Both the position numbers and the translations under genes were made by a program. Below, piece after piece: positions 10,585-24,290 of a DNA stretch of 64,000 nucleotides; positions within the stretch are counted from its first letter, which is position 1, and each line of letters opens with the position of its first letter. Under the pieces are notes generated by a model. That model was not told the origin of the DNA. It saw only the letters and a list, made by a program, of their open reading frames with translations, and ran no database searches. Location of the stretch: NCBI GenBank assembly GCA_002189035.1, contig NEEC01000002.1, positions 496,001-560,000 of the forward strand, given 5' to 3'. Source of the DNA: Utricularia gibba. Taxonomy: Eukaryota > Plantae > Magnoliophyta.

Positions 10585-13500
10585 ATGACGGAAGTTGCTG
10601 GTGAGCGAAGTGCGGGAGCAACGGGGGAGCTTGTTTCTTGTGAAACCAGCGGGAATGCGGCGGCTTCAGGAGCGGCTTTCGCAGTGTCGGCGTCATTGAA
10701 GAGTTCGGCATCACGACGGAGGGCGGTTGTACGACCTAGCGTCGACGCGGATGAGTTGATAAGCTCGCTCCATGGTTCGGATCCGGTGAAACTGGAGCTT
10801 AATCGACTGGAGAACGAAGTCAGAGGTTAGTCTCTTTTTCCGGATCCACGCGATTCGCCTGCTAGTTTGAATGTGAAGCGCCACCGTTTTGAATGCTTTT
10901 ACGTTAACTGCTGTGCTTAGCTCTGGAGCATCACTTTCGTTTTTTTTTTTTTTTTTGTTGTCTGAAGATAAGGAAAGGGAATTGGGAGAAGCGCATTCAC
11001 ATATCAAGGCGTTGAAGCTCTCTGAGAGACTTCGAGAAAAAGCTGTTGAAGAGGTTCTGTTTTGCTCATCTGATGTCGATTTTTCTGGTATCTGTAAAAA
11101 ATAAGGAGAAGATTCGTTGGCATTACCGGTCGCGTTCAATTACCTATTGCCAATTGCAGGATGTAGACTTAACCCAGTCATAGAAATATCTGCGTTTTTC
11201 ATATGGTTTTTCTAGTAGTGCTCCAGCATTAGGGTTGAATGGAAAAGTAACCTGCGGCTTCGCTTTTTTTATAGTTGACTGATGAATTATCGAGGGTGGA
11301 GGAGAAACTTAAACTAACGGAGTCTCTTCTTCAGAGCAAGGTCTTAGTAATGTCTTTTTTTTGTTATTCATCTCTTTGTTTCGAATGTTCTGTAGATGGT
11401 AATGCCGTTACGGCCTTCTTTTCAGAATCTTGAGATTAAGAAACTAAACGATGAAAAGAAAGCCTCAATGGCAGCTCAGTTTGCTGCAGAAGCTACGCTT
11501 CGGAGAGTTCATGCTGCCCAAAAGGATGATGATATGCCTCCAATCGAAGCCATTTTGGCTCCATTGGAAGCTGAACTTAAGCTTTCTCGACAGGAGGTTT
11601 ATGCTTTCAGTAATTCGCTCTTCTATTCGACCTCCTCTTTTCTGAATTTTTTTCTCAAACTAACTCATTATTCCACCTAGATTGCAAAGCTACAAGATGA
11701 CAACAAAGCATTGGACCGACTGACAAAATCAAAAGAGGCTGCTCTACTTGAAGCAGAGAGAACTGTACAGATAGCAATGGCAAAGGCGTCTATGGTGGAT
11801 GATCTGCAGAACAAGAACCAAGAATTGATGAAGCAGATTGAAATTTGCCAGGTATAAATGACTTCTGTGACTACTTGTTTTCGTGAGGCTAATCAATATT
11901 GCTATTCGTTTTTTTTATACATTTACCATCTGAAGTTTTAATATTGTGTCAGGAAGAAAATAAGATATTGGATAAAATGCATAGGCAAAAGGTCGCTGAT
12001 ATTGAAAAGCTGACCCTAACTGTACGAGAGCTTGAGGAAGCCGTGCTCGCTGGTGGAGCAGCCGCAAATGCAGTGCGTGAATATGAGAGAAAAGTTCAGG
12101 AGATGAATGTATTCATCTATAATATAAATTCTTTTAGAAATCCTAGCGCAGTTGGTCTTAATTCAAGTTAGCTGAAGGCCTTCTTTCACTTAATTTCAGG
12201 AAGAAAGGAAAACTCTCGATAGGGAGCTGGCTCGAGCTAAGGTGACTGCAAATAGAGTTGCAACCGTGGTTGCTAATGAATGGAAAGATGCTAGTGATAA
12301 AGTAATGCCTGTGAAACAATGGCTTGAAGAAAGAAGATTCTTGCAGGTGCTGTGGTTACCCGTTATTTGTCACACAATAACTGTAGTTGATGGATGCAGT
12401 AGAGTTCCCTGAGTTGAATTCTTCTTAAACTTTGTAACTACTTGCAGGGCGAGATGCAGCAACTCAAAGATAAGCTTTCTGTTGCTGAAAGAACTGCCAA
12501 GTCAGAAGCTCTTTTAAAAGTAAATGGTTTCACTGAGACTTTTCATTTAATTCTTGAGAAACCTGCCATTAAGTGCAGCAGCATAAATTTTCTTGAATTC
12601 GCATAATGTTTTTTAACCTTCTCTTTCAGGAAAAGTTTCAACTGCGTATGAAGGTTCTTGAGGAAACATTGAGGTCACCAAATGCCCCATCTCGTGGAAC
12701 TTTGGAACCAAGAAGCATAAGCACTGGCCGCCGCCAGTCGCTCGGTGGGGCTGAAATTATGAACAAAACAGCCGCCAGCTTCGTTTTACCTAAAAGATCC
12801 CCATCTTTTCAGAGTAAATCTTCTAGTAGCAGTGCAGTTTTGAAACATGCAAAGGGGACATCAAAGTCCTTTGATGGTGGATCACGATCTGTGGACAGGA
12901 GTAAAGTCCTCTTGAATGGATTAGCCCAAAATTTCAAGCAAGGTCTGTTCTGTGATGGAACCAAGGAAGTTGAAGGGCCTAGTAGTACATGGAAAGAAAC
13001 GCCTGAAGAAAAAACTAGTGATGCACAAGTTGGCGCAGATACCGAAGATGCAGTGCCTGGTTTATTGTATGATCTGTTGCAGAAAGAGGTTATTGCTTTG
13101 AGGAAAGCTGGCCAGGAAAAGGATCAAAGTCTTAAAGACAAGGATGAAGCAATCGAGGTCGTAACATTTCTACACTTGCTATTTTCGTTGTGTTTGCACT
13201 AACAAGGTCTCCTCTCCTCTTCTATGGTCAGATGTTAGCAAAAAAAGTGGACACCTTGACTAGAGCAATGGAAGTCGAAGCAAGGAAGATGAGAAGAGAA
13301 GTAGCTGCCATGGAGAAGGAGGTAGCAGCAATGCGCGAGGAGAAGGAGCATGACAGCAAATCCAAAAAGCTTGCGCATTCAAAGAGCTCCATCAATGCGT
13401 CTCAGTTGCTGTCTGGAAGGTATGGTCCCCATCCCCATACATCATGAAGCAAAAAGTATATGTTGAACTACTCCCGATACTTATCCATGCACATCAATTC

Positions 13501-13606
13501 TTACTATATCTTCAAAATCATCCCCTTTTTTCATCAATTCCATTCAAGACAATTTCCTTCCTGCAGGATCTTATCAAGAAGTGGAATGACCCGGAGCACC
13601 CAATGA
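10585..13606 (+). CDS. MAP70: Microtubule-associated protein 70 (MAP70)
   Basis: HGSDPVKLELNRLENEVR, AQFAAEATLRRVHAAQKDDDMPPIEAILAPLEAELK, VANEWKDASDKVMPVKQWLEERR. Last exon reads RILSRSGMTRSTQ* (TGA 13604-13606). Confidence 0.95.
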
Positions 13607-14239
13607 CAGACAAGATGTCTGCAGTAAATTTCAATTCCCTTGTTTTTGTATCTCATGCTTTGTGGTGGCTCCGGAATTTTATTCAATCCATCAATCTAGA
13701 AGGCATCCTGCTCATTAAATCCTCCCCTTCTCATTTATATCAGTTGTGTGTGAGCCTTCATTCCACTAGCAATGCTGTTTACCTTTGGAACCCTGGGCTT
13801 GATTTCCTCCTCTGCCACATGAATGATTGAATTAAAATGTCTTTCTCATTGTGTGTCCTCTCATGTGGCTAGGGGTCTTCCTTGATTGGTGCTGTCGAAG
13901 TTCTACGCCATCACTGTTACTCTCTTTGATAGTCCTCCCATTTGCGTTTTACCGTGAATTTTATGAATCTGGTAGTTTTTTTCTACACTCATCAAATTAA
14001 GCCCTGGTCTCATAAATTCCCGATCCTTTGTTTCCCATGTCTTGCCCCAGGATTGGAGACTCTACGCTCCAGGAGCAGGTGGTCCATTCTTACGGAAAAG
14101 GGTTGGGCCGAGCCACCAATCGCTACGTATTTCTGTTGAGACTTGGTGGCTTGGGGGAATTCATTCGTTTGAATCCAAACCTCTGTTCTGAGGAGAATTT
14201 GGACGCAGAGTCTTGCCCGCTCGACGTCGATCGTTTCCG

Positions 14240-15157
14240 ATGATTTTCCGTAGTTTCTGCGGCTCCTTATCTAGATCCCCACTAAACCTATCCTCCATCT
14301 CCTCGATACTCGCCAAGCCCCCACTCATTTCCCGGTCATATCCACTCCATCCTGAAGTCCTGAAATTCCCCCCGTCGGGGATTCCGTCGGTGAAGTCGCT
14401 GTGCTCTGTGCCGGTTTATAACACGAATTCGGTAACGAGTGAACCGAGGATGGCAAACGGAGTCTCCATTCCGCACCCTGATGGTGCCGGCCGGTCCGAA
14501 ATATTTCGAGCTGTAGAAGCGGCCCTGGGCACCGGATTCAGCTCCCAACCTATAGTCCCAAACCCCAGCCCTCTTATAATTGTGGTCAGTGGTCCAAGTG
14601 GTGTGGGAAAGGACGCGGTTATCAGACGACTGATGGAAGTTAGAGAGGACTTGCATTTTGTGGTCACCGCGACAAGCCGAGCCAAAAGGCCTGGGGAAAT
14701 CGATGGTAAAGATTACTTTTTCCTGAGCAAAGATGAGTTTTTGACGATGATTGAGAAGAATGAGCTGTTGGAGTACGCTTTAGTTTACGGTGATTATAAG
14801 GGGATTCCCAAGCAGCAGATCAGGGATCACATGGCTGCAGGGCGTGACATTGTTGTGAGGGTGGATATTCAGGGTGCTGCAACACTGCGAAGGGTATTGA
14901 GAAATAGTGCAGTGTTTGTGTTTTTGGTGGCAGAGAGTGAGGAGGCGTTGGTTAAAAGATTGATCGATCGAAAGACGGAGACTGTGGAGGCGTTGCTGAT
15001 GAGGGTCGCTGCTGCAAGGGAGGAGCTGAGGCATTTGAAGGAGTTTGATTATGTGATTGTGAACAAGGAAGGTGAGATGGAGAGCTCAGTGAGACTTTTG
15101 GAGTCAATCATTGACACTGAGAAGGCCAAAGTGGTTCAAAGAACACCAATCCTTTAG
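14240..15157 (+). CDS. GK3: Guanylate kinase, organellar (GK3/GMK3-type), intronless
   Basis: Transit-peptide-like N-terminus, P-loop [29 protein letters not shown] and [10 protein letters not shown]. Confidence 0.93.
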   Translation: MIFRSFCGSLSRSPLNLSSISSILAKPPLISRSYPLHPEVLKFPPSGIPSVKSLCSVPVYNTNSVTSEPRMANGVSIPHPDGAGRSEIFRAVEAALGTGFSSQPIVPNPSPLIIVVSGPSGVGKDAVIRRLMEVREDLHFVVTATSRAKRPGEIDGKDYFFLSKDEFLTMIEKNELLEYALVYGDYKGIPKQQIRDHMAAGRDIVVRVDIQGAATLRRVLRNSAVFVFLVAESEEALVKRLIDRKTETVEALLMRVAAAREELRHLKEFDYVIVNKEGEMESSVRLLESIIDTEKAKVVQRTPIL

Positions 15158-15738
15158 ACTACATACAAGTCCCTGCAATCCTATGGATAATGATGGCTCC
15201 ATTGATAAAGCTCTATTTGGCTAATTCATCTCCCAAAGAAGATGCTCTTAGACGATTCCTTTTCTATGTCGCCCATTTATGCTGTGGGATCGATTATCTT
15301 CTTGACTTTGTTCTCATCTGCTAACTCTCCATCGCCGCGAGGCTTTTCTTTAGAATCACTGACTTAACAGGCATTTAAACATCAGATTTTCCCTCAGGTT
15401 GTTCTGGTGCTTCAAAGGGAACAGGGAGTCTTGCTACCTGTAGGCTCCTCAACAGAAATGGCCAATGACTACTGCCGATGTGTGATCAGTGAATCGTAAT
15501 GGATAATCGGGGTGATGACTTTACACGTAAGAAGGAGGATGTAGGATCCATGGCTTGTGCTCTCTCAAGCTGGCTTCTTTGAATTTTGGAATGCTTTTCT
15601 TCTTTAAAGAATGGGGCTTTCAATTGATGACAGCACCTTCGAGAGACCCAAAATCGGAAAACCCATCTCTATGTATAAAGCCTGCTAAACCAGTCCAACG
15701 GAGAAGACGGGAATTTGTAACCCTAGCTGTCTCTGGAG

Positions 15739-16923
15739 ATGGCTTCATTAGCTGGGTCCACGGGAAAAGAGGATCCAAAGAAGGGGAAATTCGAGAGCTT
15801 CGTGATAGTGCACAACATAGCTAAGAGGCACAACGTCGGAACTCTTGCCCGGAGCGCCGTCGCGTTTGGAGTCACGGAGATCATCCTGGTGGGACGCCGC
15901 GACTTCAACGCCTTCGGAAGCCATGGCTCCACCTCGCACATGCGTTTCCGCCACTTTCACTCCCTTCCGTTAGCCGCCGCTTTCCTCAAGGTTAATACCC
16001 AGTTCTTGACATCTTCCTTTCATTGCCAGTAAAGCGTACGGTTTCCACCCTCACCCTGCTCAGATATTTTGGGGAATGCCAATTTTTGAATGATTTTGAT
16101 TTGTGTCCCATGTGCACTTTGAATGCTAGATCTCACATCTTTGCTGTTAAAGAGAGTATATTTACTTTACCCGTCATGATTGATCTTCCCCTTTTTCTGT
16201 TGTAGGAGAGGGACTGTGATATCTGTGGTGTGGAGATCACGGATGGTGCCAAGGCAGTGAACCATCATCCGTTCAGGAGGAGCACTGCCTTTCTCCTTGG
16301 CAACGAGGTAGAATCATGAACTTAGCTTCTTCGTGGTGATTCGAATGCATTTTTACCATACAATACGGTGGTTTTCCTGATCCTCCTGCGTCATTTTTCA
16401 TATTTCACGACAAACTGGAGCTATTTCTTGTACAGGTTAATTATTTTATGCCATCGTTGCAGTGACAATGAGTTCTCGTGTTACAGGGAACAGGACTTTC
16501 CACGAAGGAGACTGAGATATGTGACTTTTTTATTTACATTCCTCAGTATGGGGATGGTACTGCCTCCTTGAATGTCACGGTTGCCGCTTCCATTGTCCTG
16601 CATCATTATGGGGGTATGAGAATTCAACCCAAACCATCTTCTGATTCTGTAGCGACATTTTCAGTGCTGGTGATCTCACCCGTTCGCTATGTCTCATCTC
16701 AGTGTGGGCAGGATTCTCAGAGAGAAGCCGTGAGGGCAACAAGTTCATCGTAGCCGAGAAACCTGCTGGCCAGTTGAGGAAAAGTCACCTTTCAGAAACA
16801 CCAGAATCCATAGCCGCGGAGCGCAAGATGAGAAGGGAAGACGCTGCTGCAAATGATCCGTTCAGTGAGAGCAGGGAGGATTTCTCCCCTTCCAACCTCC
16901 TGGATGCATTATTCATGTCGTAG
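15739..16923 (+). CDS. SpoU/TrmH-family tRNA/rRNA 2'-O-methyltransferase
   Basis: HNIAKRHNVGTLARSAVAFG, TAFLLGNE|GTGLS and IPQYGDGTASLNVTVAASIVLHH (SPOUT knot motif); 4 exons. Confidence 0.92.
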
Positions 16924-17692
16924 CATTTGGAGGGCTTCAGATTCAAAAGAGAACCTTGGTGATGCCTGCTGACTATCTGTTCAGTCATGCAGAGAAGTGG
17001 CGGCCCCATCAACAGAAATGCTCTCTGTGTGCTCGACTTAAAAGCCAATCCTTCGAACTCAACGGTTTCCATTTGAAGCATCTGCGCCTAGCCCACTACA
17101 TGATAGCATTTGTGCCCATTTAAAGCCCCGGAAGAGGCCCAATTCCAGGGCAAGGATGAAAAGCCCCAGGGTCCAAATCCCCCTCAATAAGCACCTCGTG
17201 TACTTCTCCGAGAGAAGTTCTTCGCTTCTCGGTAGTATTCTTCCGCTGATGTTTCTATCTCGTCTCCTTGTCGTGCAGTTGCTTCACAAGAAGGCTGACC
17301 TAGTTTCCCTTCCTTAGGATCGATCATCATGATCAGGGGCTCCTGCTTCTTTTTCATCGTCGAATGATGACACTTGAAATTCTGAGACTTGGTATGGATG
17401 CCTACCCCTTCTGCTCAGAAACCCCCTGTTCAGCATGAATCTGTACCCCAAGACCATCGCTCTGATTCATAGGGAAATCGTCCAGCTTCTACGCTGACTT
17501 CTGGGAGCATAAACAAGCTGTAAAACATCAAACGCAGTGATAGAAAACAAGATTTATTCATGCAAAAGTGTTCTAAAACATCTGATCCGTTTCTTAAATA
17601 AAAGCGCACGCGTAGCAAATCCCAGGAAAGCAGAGATGTAACACATCAAATTCGATCAATCTATGGTGCATGAATTGCATCTCATCTTCAGA

Positions 17693-18760
17693 TCAGTTCT
17701 TCTCCAGTAGCAGTTCGATGAGGTCGGCAGCTTCTTGAACGGTTGTGATGCTCTGCGCACTATCTTCCTCGACAACGATCCCGAACTCCTCCTCGAGTCC
17801 CATGACAATCTCAACCTGCAAACATTGGCATTAGGCAAGTGTGCAACAAAAGGGTCAGCGCTGAGATGCAGCTCAGTGCTTACCGTGTCAAGTGAATCAG
17901 CCCCAAGAGTAGCAAACGTGGATTCCCCATTGACATCGCGTTCTTCAGGGAGAGCCAATTGCTTCTTCACAATTTTTACAACCTTATCCACCGTCTCTGG
18001 TTTGGCCTGCCAGAATCAGATTAATCATTGTCAATGGATAGCAACAGATTCTCCATTTTTTTTCCCACATCAGTATGAACTCCAGACTGAATGTGCATGC
18101 ATCTCAAAGCTTTTCTAGAAAAAATGGGCACAGAATGAAGGTAATAACTAGATGAAACCAGTACCGCACAGGAAACTCGAAAGCGGAGGACCGGTGACCT
18201 CTTAGAGAACCCCCTGCTGCTGAATGAGACCGAAGCCTTCCCAGGCAAAGCCTGCTTCAAAACAACATATAAGATTTAAGATTAAACAGCGCCCGATAAA
18301 CCCCCCCCCCCCACACCAAGAGAATCAACCTCAAAACAATTTGCATCACCTAAATTAGGGGAAAAAAATAATACGGACAACTGATTTGGCGCAGAAAGCT
18401 GATAATTATTTGAAAAAAAAGTGTCACGCAGAGCGAAATAAAAAAAAAAAAACCAATAGCATGGCAATCTTTCGCTTTTTCCGTTAATCATTTCCTTCAC
18501 TAACGCTTTACTAAACTGCTCTTTTCAAATCGGTCATCAAGAATCCACAGCATGCAGACCAATCGAAAAAACAATGAAGCACGCGCATAAGGGGTACAGA
18601 TCAAAGGCCATACAGCTCAGAAAAAACAACCCGAGCTTCAAATGCTAATACGGAAGGGGAAAAAAGAAGAATCAGTGACAAGAAAGAAATCAACCTGGCC
18701 GCGCTTCAGCGAGCAAGAAACCTGGGTGAATGAGAGAGAAGATGCAGTGATACTCGCCAT
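17693..18760 (-). CDS. ACP: Plastid acyl carrier protein
   Basis: ATG at 18760 gives [13 protein letters not shown].., transit peptide ending RFRVSCA, then LGADSLDT|[13 protein letters not shown] (phosphopantetheine Ser). TGA at 17693-17695. Confidence 0.93.
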
Positions 18761-19179
18761 TCTTGATGTATCGAGAACCAGATCTACCAGAAATGAGACG
18801 GAAGGACCAAAGATAAAGAGCGGAAGGTGGCGGAGAGCACGATGAAGGTGAATCCTATCACAAGCGGCACAAAAGTGGCGTGTGTTCAGAAGGTTTTATC
18901 GGAAACTGGGCCGGCCCAAAACTGAAATAAAAACACATGATTTTCCAATTAATTCATTATAAAAGTCTAATAATAATAATATAATAGAATAAAAATATAT
19001 CGTTAATGGTACAAATCTGAACCCCCAAGGGCGTCCAATGTCCATACCAGTGAGAGAGCATGGGAAGGAAGGTGTTCCGCGTCGCAGAGTAGCTGCTGGC
19101 TCAAACACAACACACGAGATTGCAGTGGCTCACCTACATACACCCCATGCATTGATCCAGCAAGTAGCCTCTGCGCTCT

Positions 19180-21542
19180 TCATCCATTCCAAGCGGATCT
19201 CTTGTCCTTCTTCGCAGGCCTCGGTTTCCTCTTCCCCGCAGACAGGTCGCCTAAGGGCCCAGACCAGGTCTGAATCTCATCCTTGTCGTATGAGAAATTC
19301 ATGGAGGAGAAGGGCACATGAGGGGGGTCGAAGCTTGGATTCATGTGTTGGGATGATCCCAGAGGGTACCCAATTCCTCCTCCATCTTGATGTGGAGGAG
19401 GGAACTTCTCGCTTTTGCTCTTTGCATTTGCGTGTGTGATCAGCCTCCATCTCTGTTTCAGGGGAGTTGGTCAAAGCAGTTAGAAATATATGATAAAAAA
19501 AAATGAACTGTAGATTCCAAAACATGATGGTGTAGTACATCGATGTTTGCAGGAAGCTCGGCATTGGCTACAGGGGCTGGGACTGCACGCATTCCTCGAT
19601 CCCGAGTGTGCCGTTTCTTGACAACATCGACTTGTGTTTTTTTACCAGCAGCTCTTAGTCTGAAATAATGTTCAAAACTTATATAACATGAAACATAGTA
19701 GTATGGAAACTGAAGGGACTAGCAAGTAGTACAGTTATTCGCACCTTCTTGTTTCAACATCGCGCCGCTTGGCATCGATTTCCTTGCTGGGTGGATACTT
19801 GGGAAGGGTAGATGGATCACACGCATAAGGTTTGGTTGTGAAGAACTGCAGAAGACAGTTCCAGGACAACAAAGGTTAAGCACAATGCAATAAAAGAAGA
19901 CTCTTGCACTTTTTTGGATCCCGAACTTCACTATGCATTCTCTTGAAATATTTTCAGGCTTACTATGCAAAGGTGAGAAGCTTACTTCACTTTTTAGTGC
20001 TGCTGTAGCAGTTAACCGCTCACTTGGGTCGAGGGCCAGTAAAGTATCAATCAAAGGCAGCGATGATGAAGGGAAATCTTTAAAGGTTTCCATTATACAT
20101 CTTTTGTAGGACTGCTGAGGCTTGAACATTGTTGCATGTGGGAGCTTTGATTTCTTCCAGTACTCATCTGTGGGTGAACCACACAGCTTGAAAATCCTGT
20201 GTAGTTGTTCTACCTAGTAATATTGAATGCCCCAGAAGAAAAAATTAATGGCCAAGTAGTGTGGAAAACACAAACTCCGACTTAGCCAAAAAGTTTGAAA
20301 GAAAGCTACACAACGGAGACGGAAATGGGAGAGAGTGAACAAATCACTTGCCTCTGTCCTCCCGGTCATAATTGGCTTTCCATAAAAGAGCTCAGCTAGG
20401 ATGCAACCAGCACTCCATAAATCAACACCTACACCATAATCTGTGGCGCCAAGAAGTAGCTCTGGTGCCCTGTACCAAAGAGTCACCACACGACTTGTCA
20501 TCGGATGCTTGTTGTTTGGGTCAAACATAGAAGCCAAACCAAAATCAGCGATTTTAAGCACCCCTCCATCATCAATGAGGAGGTTTGAGCCCTTGATATC
20601 ACGATGCAAGACATGACGCTTGTGGCAGTGTTCAAGTCCTGCAAGTAATTGGTGCATGTAGCATTTCACCTGCCATTTCAAGTACGCATGAGGAAGCCTG
20701 GCGTATAAGACAACGACATGTGAATGAACATGAAGAGCACATAATCCAGGAAGATTGAAGCACACCTGAGGTTCTGTAAATTTGACAGTAGAGCTTGAAG
20801 CAAGACCAGCAAGATCATGCACCATATAATCAAATACAAGATACAGACTACATGACATTCTTGACATTGCCAGGCCTTGTAATTTCACAACATTTGGATG
20901 ATCCAGCCGACGCAAGATAAGAATCTCCCTAGCCATAAACTTCACACTTTCTGGCTCCAAGTTATCAAATCTAACCTTCTTTAATGCTACCACCTCCCCT
21001 GTTATCGTATCTCTTGCTTTATACACATTGCTATAAGTACCTTGTCCAATCTACAGTCCCTCATGAAAAACAAGATGAAGATTAGTGAGGGGAACGCTAG
21101 CCAATGATACGTGACAATCTACTATTACCTTATCAATTTTTTCGTAAGTATCAGCACGACGAGGCGTCCATCCACCAATTGCCTCTCCGGCTACAGCACA
21201 GAGCCAAGATGGCCATCCAGCAGCCACTTGCTCACCTTGGATGTTATTTGTTGGGTTGCTAAGTCTAGGATTCAGCTTGGATTTCCTTCTATCTCCTCTT
21301 AGTCGTTGGTGAGTGTCAACTTTCTGTTCCTCGGGTTTCTCTGTCCCATTAGCAACGTTGGCTCTACTACCAACATTGGCCACATCATCACACTTGCTCA
21401 CTGCATCGATTTCAGGATGCTCGCTTCTTCCTGATGGCACGGACAAACCATTCCTTGCTTTATTTGCTCTTCCTGTTCTGCCTACAGCACCTCCATTGGT
21501 TGATTGAGTCCACTTTGTCTCTTTACTAAAAGCACACCCCAT
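19180..21542 (-). CDS. CDK-related Ser/Thr kinase (At1g54610/IBS1-like family)
   Basis: Myristoylation-type start MGCAFSK. Motifs QVAAGWPSWL, VALKKVRFDNLEPESVKFMAREI, HRDIKGSN, DFGLA, VVTLWYRAPE. Last exon THANAKSKSEKFPPPHQDG..QTWSGPL; TGA at 19180-19182. Confidence 0.93.
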
Positions 21543-23304
21543 TGCTGAAAACCCCAACACTTCGTTTCCCACCACATAACACACTCTTGCACCTCATTCA
21601 AAAGCCGCCCACGTATCACCAATTGAAAGAATGTACCAAACAAAATCCTGGGACAGCCAAAAATACGATTTGAACTTCCTGCGTGGCCATAAACACAGAG
21701 CCCGTAATCAGCGAAAAGCCTGCGGGTTTAATGCCTTGTTAGATAGCGAAACCAAGATAGATCGCAATCAAGGAACCAACACGCGCTCAGATTCAAATTC
21801 TCAATATTAACGATCAAAAAGAAGATCCGGGAAACAAAAAAAACAACCTAACTTTAAATGCCGCAACTAGTGAAATTACCCATTCTCAGACCAGCAGAAT
21901 TCAACAAAGCTGAAAATAGTACTCGAAACATATCGCATTCAAAAAAAATAGTGGGTTGTAGCCATCTTGCACCTGAACTTTCCTTGTTTCGTTTTCTTCA
22001 GACTCAAGAACACGAACAGACAGAAGATTGGAGTTCACAGCAGTTTAACTCCCACTTTCCAAATCTTGGTCTTTCCAACCTAACTATCCAACAATAAATC
22101 CTATCCCCGAAGGGAAAAGGGATCATTCAGTAGATCTGCAGCTCCTGCCAGCAAACATTCACTGCATTCCTCTTCCTCCTCCCCAACTATGAAGAAAGAG
22201 GAAGAGTTCCCAACAGCAAGAAAAAAAATGAAAGGAGTTAAAAATTCCAAGAGAGGCGCAATCAGAATTTGACCGCGGCTGTCAAATCCCTAATTCATTC
22301 CCAAGTTGTCCTCTCCCCGCACACGAAAGCAATTTTAAATCCCGGATGGAAATAAATTAAATAATGATTTGAAATCAAATTCAAATACGGGTTTGAATTT
22401 TAAATTTTATAAAATTATTAAATTCGAATACCTAACCATCACCATTTAAATTCCACTTACTGTGAAATTATTCCAAGTCATTTGTACTTATTTTTAGAGT
22501 TTATGTACAATTTACAATCTTTTTTCTCATTACAATGGAAATTGGACAACTGGTGTGCTTATGAAAGCGATTTTCAGCACGTGTACGGTGCTAGTGGTTT
22601 TGTTGGTGCACGAAGCTGAGCGTTGTTAAATGCCAGCAACCCCTGAGCCTATCTAATCCCACGGACCCGCCGCCGGCACAAGTGCGACGGGGAAACCCAC
22701 GTCGCCGGCGGCAGCACCACTCTCACATGAAGGGGATGCGATTGTGCAGAAAAAGGTAGGTGATTGCAAGTTCAACGTAGCACTTAACTCCTCAACTCCT
22801 TGCATTATTCACAACAGCCCACGTGCAGATTGTGAATCATTTCGCATCCCGTTGACTGATCGCCGCGGCCCTTGTGAGCAATTCATTACTTGACAATTTG
22901 ATCTGGGATCCTTTCTTCTTCCTCTCGCTGATCACATCATCGCCTGGCACGCAATATCACCAGCCATGGCGCATGGAACCTGCTCTGGCAAGCTCACAGG
23001 AGCAGGATGAATGAGCTCTCAGAAAACTACTTCAGATAGATTCCTTGGATGGCCTCCTGGCATAATGCATCACTGATGCAGTTTCGGTCAAACACAACCT
23101 AGACCTGCATAAACCAGATCAGCTAGCTAGAATTTTGTATTCCCTGTTTCGAATGAGGGGCCCCCTGCAGTACGATGTAATGCATGATGGGGATTAGGTA
23201 CGTACCCTTGTTGTAGCCATTGGAAGAGACGCCACCCAGTTCACTGAGCGGGACCACGACCAATCTTTATATACTCTGCATCCTTCTCTTAGGAGACTCG
23301 TTCC

Positions 23305-23992
23305 ATGGAGTCCACCAGTGGCGCAGCGGAGGGGCAGGTGTGCGAGAGCGGGACAGGGAGAAGCTGCTTGGGAGAGGCCGAGAGGGAGGACTGGGGGAGT
23401 GGTCTGTGACTTGCTGCTCAGGATTCTCGCCCTCCTACTGACCCTCGGAGCGTTGCTGGTTATCGCCTCCAATGAGCAGCCGCAGACAGTGTTCTACACT
23501 CTTGCTCCGGGGATCCCAGGATTCATCACCAGGATCACAGTTTACTTCCATGACTTCCCTTCACTCACGTCAGTTGGCTCACTCCCCTTTTCTTCTTCCT
23601 TGTAAAAGAGGCAAGCTTTTCACACTGTTTGTGTTGTCTTTCTTGGCTGAAGTTACTTCCTGGTGGCCAATGGAGTAGCAGTTCTCTACTCCATTCTCTC
23701 GGTCGTTGTCTCACTGATAAACCGAGGGGGGATGAAGGGCCTCACCATGTTGCTCATCGTTCTGGACCTCGCCGTCATGGCAGCGCTGTTCTCTAGCCTC
23801 GGTGCTGCTCTGGATGTCGGCCTCATCGCCTACAATGGCCTCCAGCGAGCACAGTGGTGGAAGATTTGCAATGTGTTCCAGAGATTCTGCAACATGGGGG
23901 CTGCTGCTGTAGCCCTCTCCGCCGGTGCTTCTTTGATCTTCTTCTTCCTGGTTGTGCTCGGAGCTGCAACCCTCTACAAGAGGATACTCTAG
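23305..23992 (+). CDS. CASPL1D: CASP-like protein (CASPL1D-type), 2 exons; two apparent 1-nt deletions in 5' G-runs
   Basis: CDLLLRILALLLTLGALLVIASNEQ, FPSLT|YFLVANGVAVLYS (intron ~23569-23654) and WWKICNVFQRFC. ATG 23305 joins the domain frame only if one G is added at both 23331-34 and 23393-97. Confidence 0.8.
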
Positions 23993-24290
23993 ATTCATTC
24001 CACTGCCTTTCAATTCATTTACCTGTGTTTCCCACTGAACTGATTCCTTGTACTACCAACCACTGTGTTAATAGAAGAACAATGTTGTCATCTTGGTGTC
24101 TCAGAGGCAACGCTGCACTGCCATCCTGCGCACTGAGCTTCCCTTTGGGGAATAAGAGGAAAGAATTTACATTTCATTAATCATAGTTGCAAAGGCAACA
24201 ACATGAGAAATGAGATCTATTTACAATATTTGACATGCATATGCTTCAAGCAAGAACTTATATACATTACAGTTACAGGGTTTCGTGGAT

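Noticed and set aside
22600-23200. miRNA precursor (small hairpin CCTGCTC...GAGCAGG and partial miR160/171-like words)
   Set aside because: No recognisable mature miRNA and no long fold-back visible by eye. RNAfold plus small-RNA data would be needed.
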